64,000 nucleotides of DNA from Glycera tridactyla (taxonomy: Eukaryota). The position numbers and the translations under genes are program-made. The DNA lies in assembly GCA_965644265.1 (NCBI GenBank), contig OZ286473.1:81654001-81718000 (forward strand), given 5' to 3'. A model generated the notes under the pieces. It had not been told where the DNA came from. It searched no databases and worked only from the letters and a program-made list of their open reading frames with translations. Each line of letters starts with the position of its first letter. Position 1 is the stretch's first letter. Positions 62,121 to 64,000 of this stretch are shown one piece after another.

Positions 62121-62519
62121 ACAGAATGATATAGGCATTCTACACCAGTGGCAATTCAAATAGCTGCTGAAATCGGAGTTTTTTTGAAGTTTGTTTGAAG
62201 TTCCCCGACGTCTGGAGAAGGAAGACACTCCACAGATCTGCTATTCGAGATAGCTGTAAAAATCAGCCGTAGTTTCAGGAACTAATATGATTGTAATATA
62301 CGACCCCAACCGAAAGGGAAACACTATACAAGTATGCTGAGTAAAATACTGTTGTTTTCTTGACAAGGTGACATATGTCTCTAGGAAAGATTGTGAAATA
62401 TACACCAACTGCCATATCGTTATGACACACCAAACAGCAATCAAAAGGACCACTATGAGTTCAAACTTGTTGTTCATGATCTGTTGTTCATGATATGGCT
62501 GTCATCATTCTTAGTGAAG

Positions 62520-62649
62520 TTGTGTTGTTGTTTCTGTCTTGTTGTTGTTGTTGTTGTTCGATGGGCTGATGGCTGACGATGATTCGATGAGCATATAATG
62601 GTGGTGATGACGATGACGATGACAATGACGATGATTATGATGATGAAGG

Positions 62650-62718
<69 letters not shown>
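62520..62718. repeat. (TTG)n plus (GAT)n microsatellites
   Basis: Directly visible. Confidence 0.95.
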
Positions 62719-62721
<3 letters not shown>

Positions 62722-63124
62722 CAATGTCATTAGCCTCAAACATTGCGGGCAGCCATATATAAGAGACAGAAATGAGCGTTTCACAATGAATGCCTAGATC
62801 GGAATAAAGAACTTTTGGAATGAATTGTTAGTGTCTTAAGAAAGGACGCTGATGCCAATTTGAACTACAAATAAGAATGAGACAGAGTCGGGCTCTACCA
62901 GGCACTACCAAGGATAATTATCATGCTGGACGCAGCGCCCATGCAACGGCGGATGTGACCAACTCACATAGAGATGACGGTAGTAGTAGGGGGGCGTATT
63001 GGACGGGCACAATGATACAAAGGCCTGCCACAGTTGACATACATGTACAAAACAGACATTAATGACAAGCGCACACTTAACGAAGAAGTGACACGCCACC
63101 CAAGGATGCACCTATTATCTTACT

Positions 63125-63345
63125 GATACACAACACATCCACGAGCACAGAACACCTACAATACCTCACAACCACAAACATACACACACAAATACACACA
63201 CAGAGGCACACTCACACACACATACTCAGACACCCAGAACACGCGAAACATACACTCACATCCATGAACACACCCACCCACACACCTACAGACAAGCACA
63301 GAAACACACACACACACACACACACACAGCAATTCTAACACACAT
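63125..63345. repeat. Degenerate AC-rich tract
   Basis: Directly visible. Confidence 0.9.
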
Positions 63346-64000
63346 ACACAATCTCATCCGCACACACTTACATGAGTGCATGCACATATATGAATACACA
63401 ATCCCATAATATAATCATGCCCACATGACAGGCACACATAGATACACTGAAACTGACACATACAAAAACAAATGCACATAGATGCACCCATCCATATACA
63501 CACAGAAATAAAGGCACAATCAGTTGCTACTTCATATCCATATATGAAATGAGTATTTCGCGAATGAGAATTTTTTTCTGAAAACAAGAAGCAATCCACC
63601 TGTAGGAATGATTGCTACTCTATTGGAAGTGGATATTGCACAAACGATGAGAGCTGCGACCTCCTGAAGAAGCACTGGGTGGGTATATCAGATACCAATT
63701 TTTGTCTTCATGTAGCAATGTTTGTGATTATTCATCTGCATGGCAACATTGGAATGTCGGTAGCTATGGTATTCGATGTGGGATTCCTGGTCAATATGCT
63801 CATCAAGATCGAGGCAATCACTGTGTTGGACTTCATTAATCATCTGGCACTTGTCGACATGTGGGATAATTAGTCGATTGCACAAGCCTGAATTTGTTCT
63901 CTACATCCTTTTGGTCTCCGAAAAACTATCACCAAAAATCCCTAAATCAATACAAACTAGCATACATTGTTTTTCGCCTAATAGTGTTCTTCACCATGAT

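Overview
Eukaryotic (invertebrate metazoan-like), AT-rich, microsatellite-rich genomic DNA with four N gaps. There are no prokaryote-type operons, RNA genes or CRISPR arrays, and almost all ORF-track entries are spurious. The main content is the 5' half of a spliced, minus-strand Cys-loop (pentameric) ligand-gated ion channel gene of the anion-selective GlyR/GABA-A/GluCl class, most GlyR-alpha-like. It has the classic 68-nt, ~227-nt and 83-nt exons at 18153-18220, 13260-14343 and 5398-5480. I could not find the remaining ECD and transmembrane exons, which probably lie left of position 1. The key discovery is that the gene carries several tandem clusters of phase-matched paralogous exons. These are two versions of the loop D/A/E exon, six versions of the N-terminal alpha1-helix exon, two versions of the preceding linker exon and two candidate signal-peptide exons, all converging on one 68-nt exon and one Cys-loop exon. 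This suggests Dscam-like combinatorial, mutually exclusive splicing of a neurotransmitter receptor ectodomain. One pair has a perfect TACTAAC branch point only 17 nt from the upstream donor. The right part (44-64 kb) is CpG-richer. It holds a symmetric 147-nt hairpin with only G.T and purine.purine mismatches, promoter-like motif clusters, a ~3 kb 43-bp minisatellite with block duplications, and a 5x107-bp array followed by interleaved inverted repeats.
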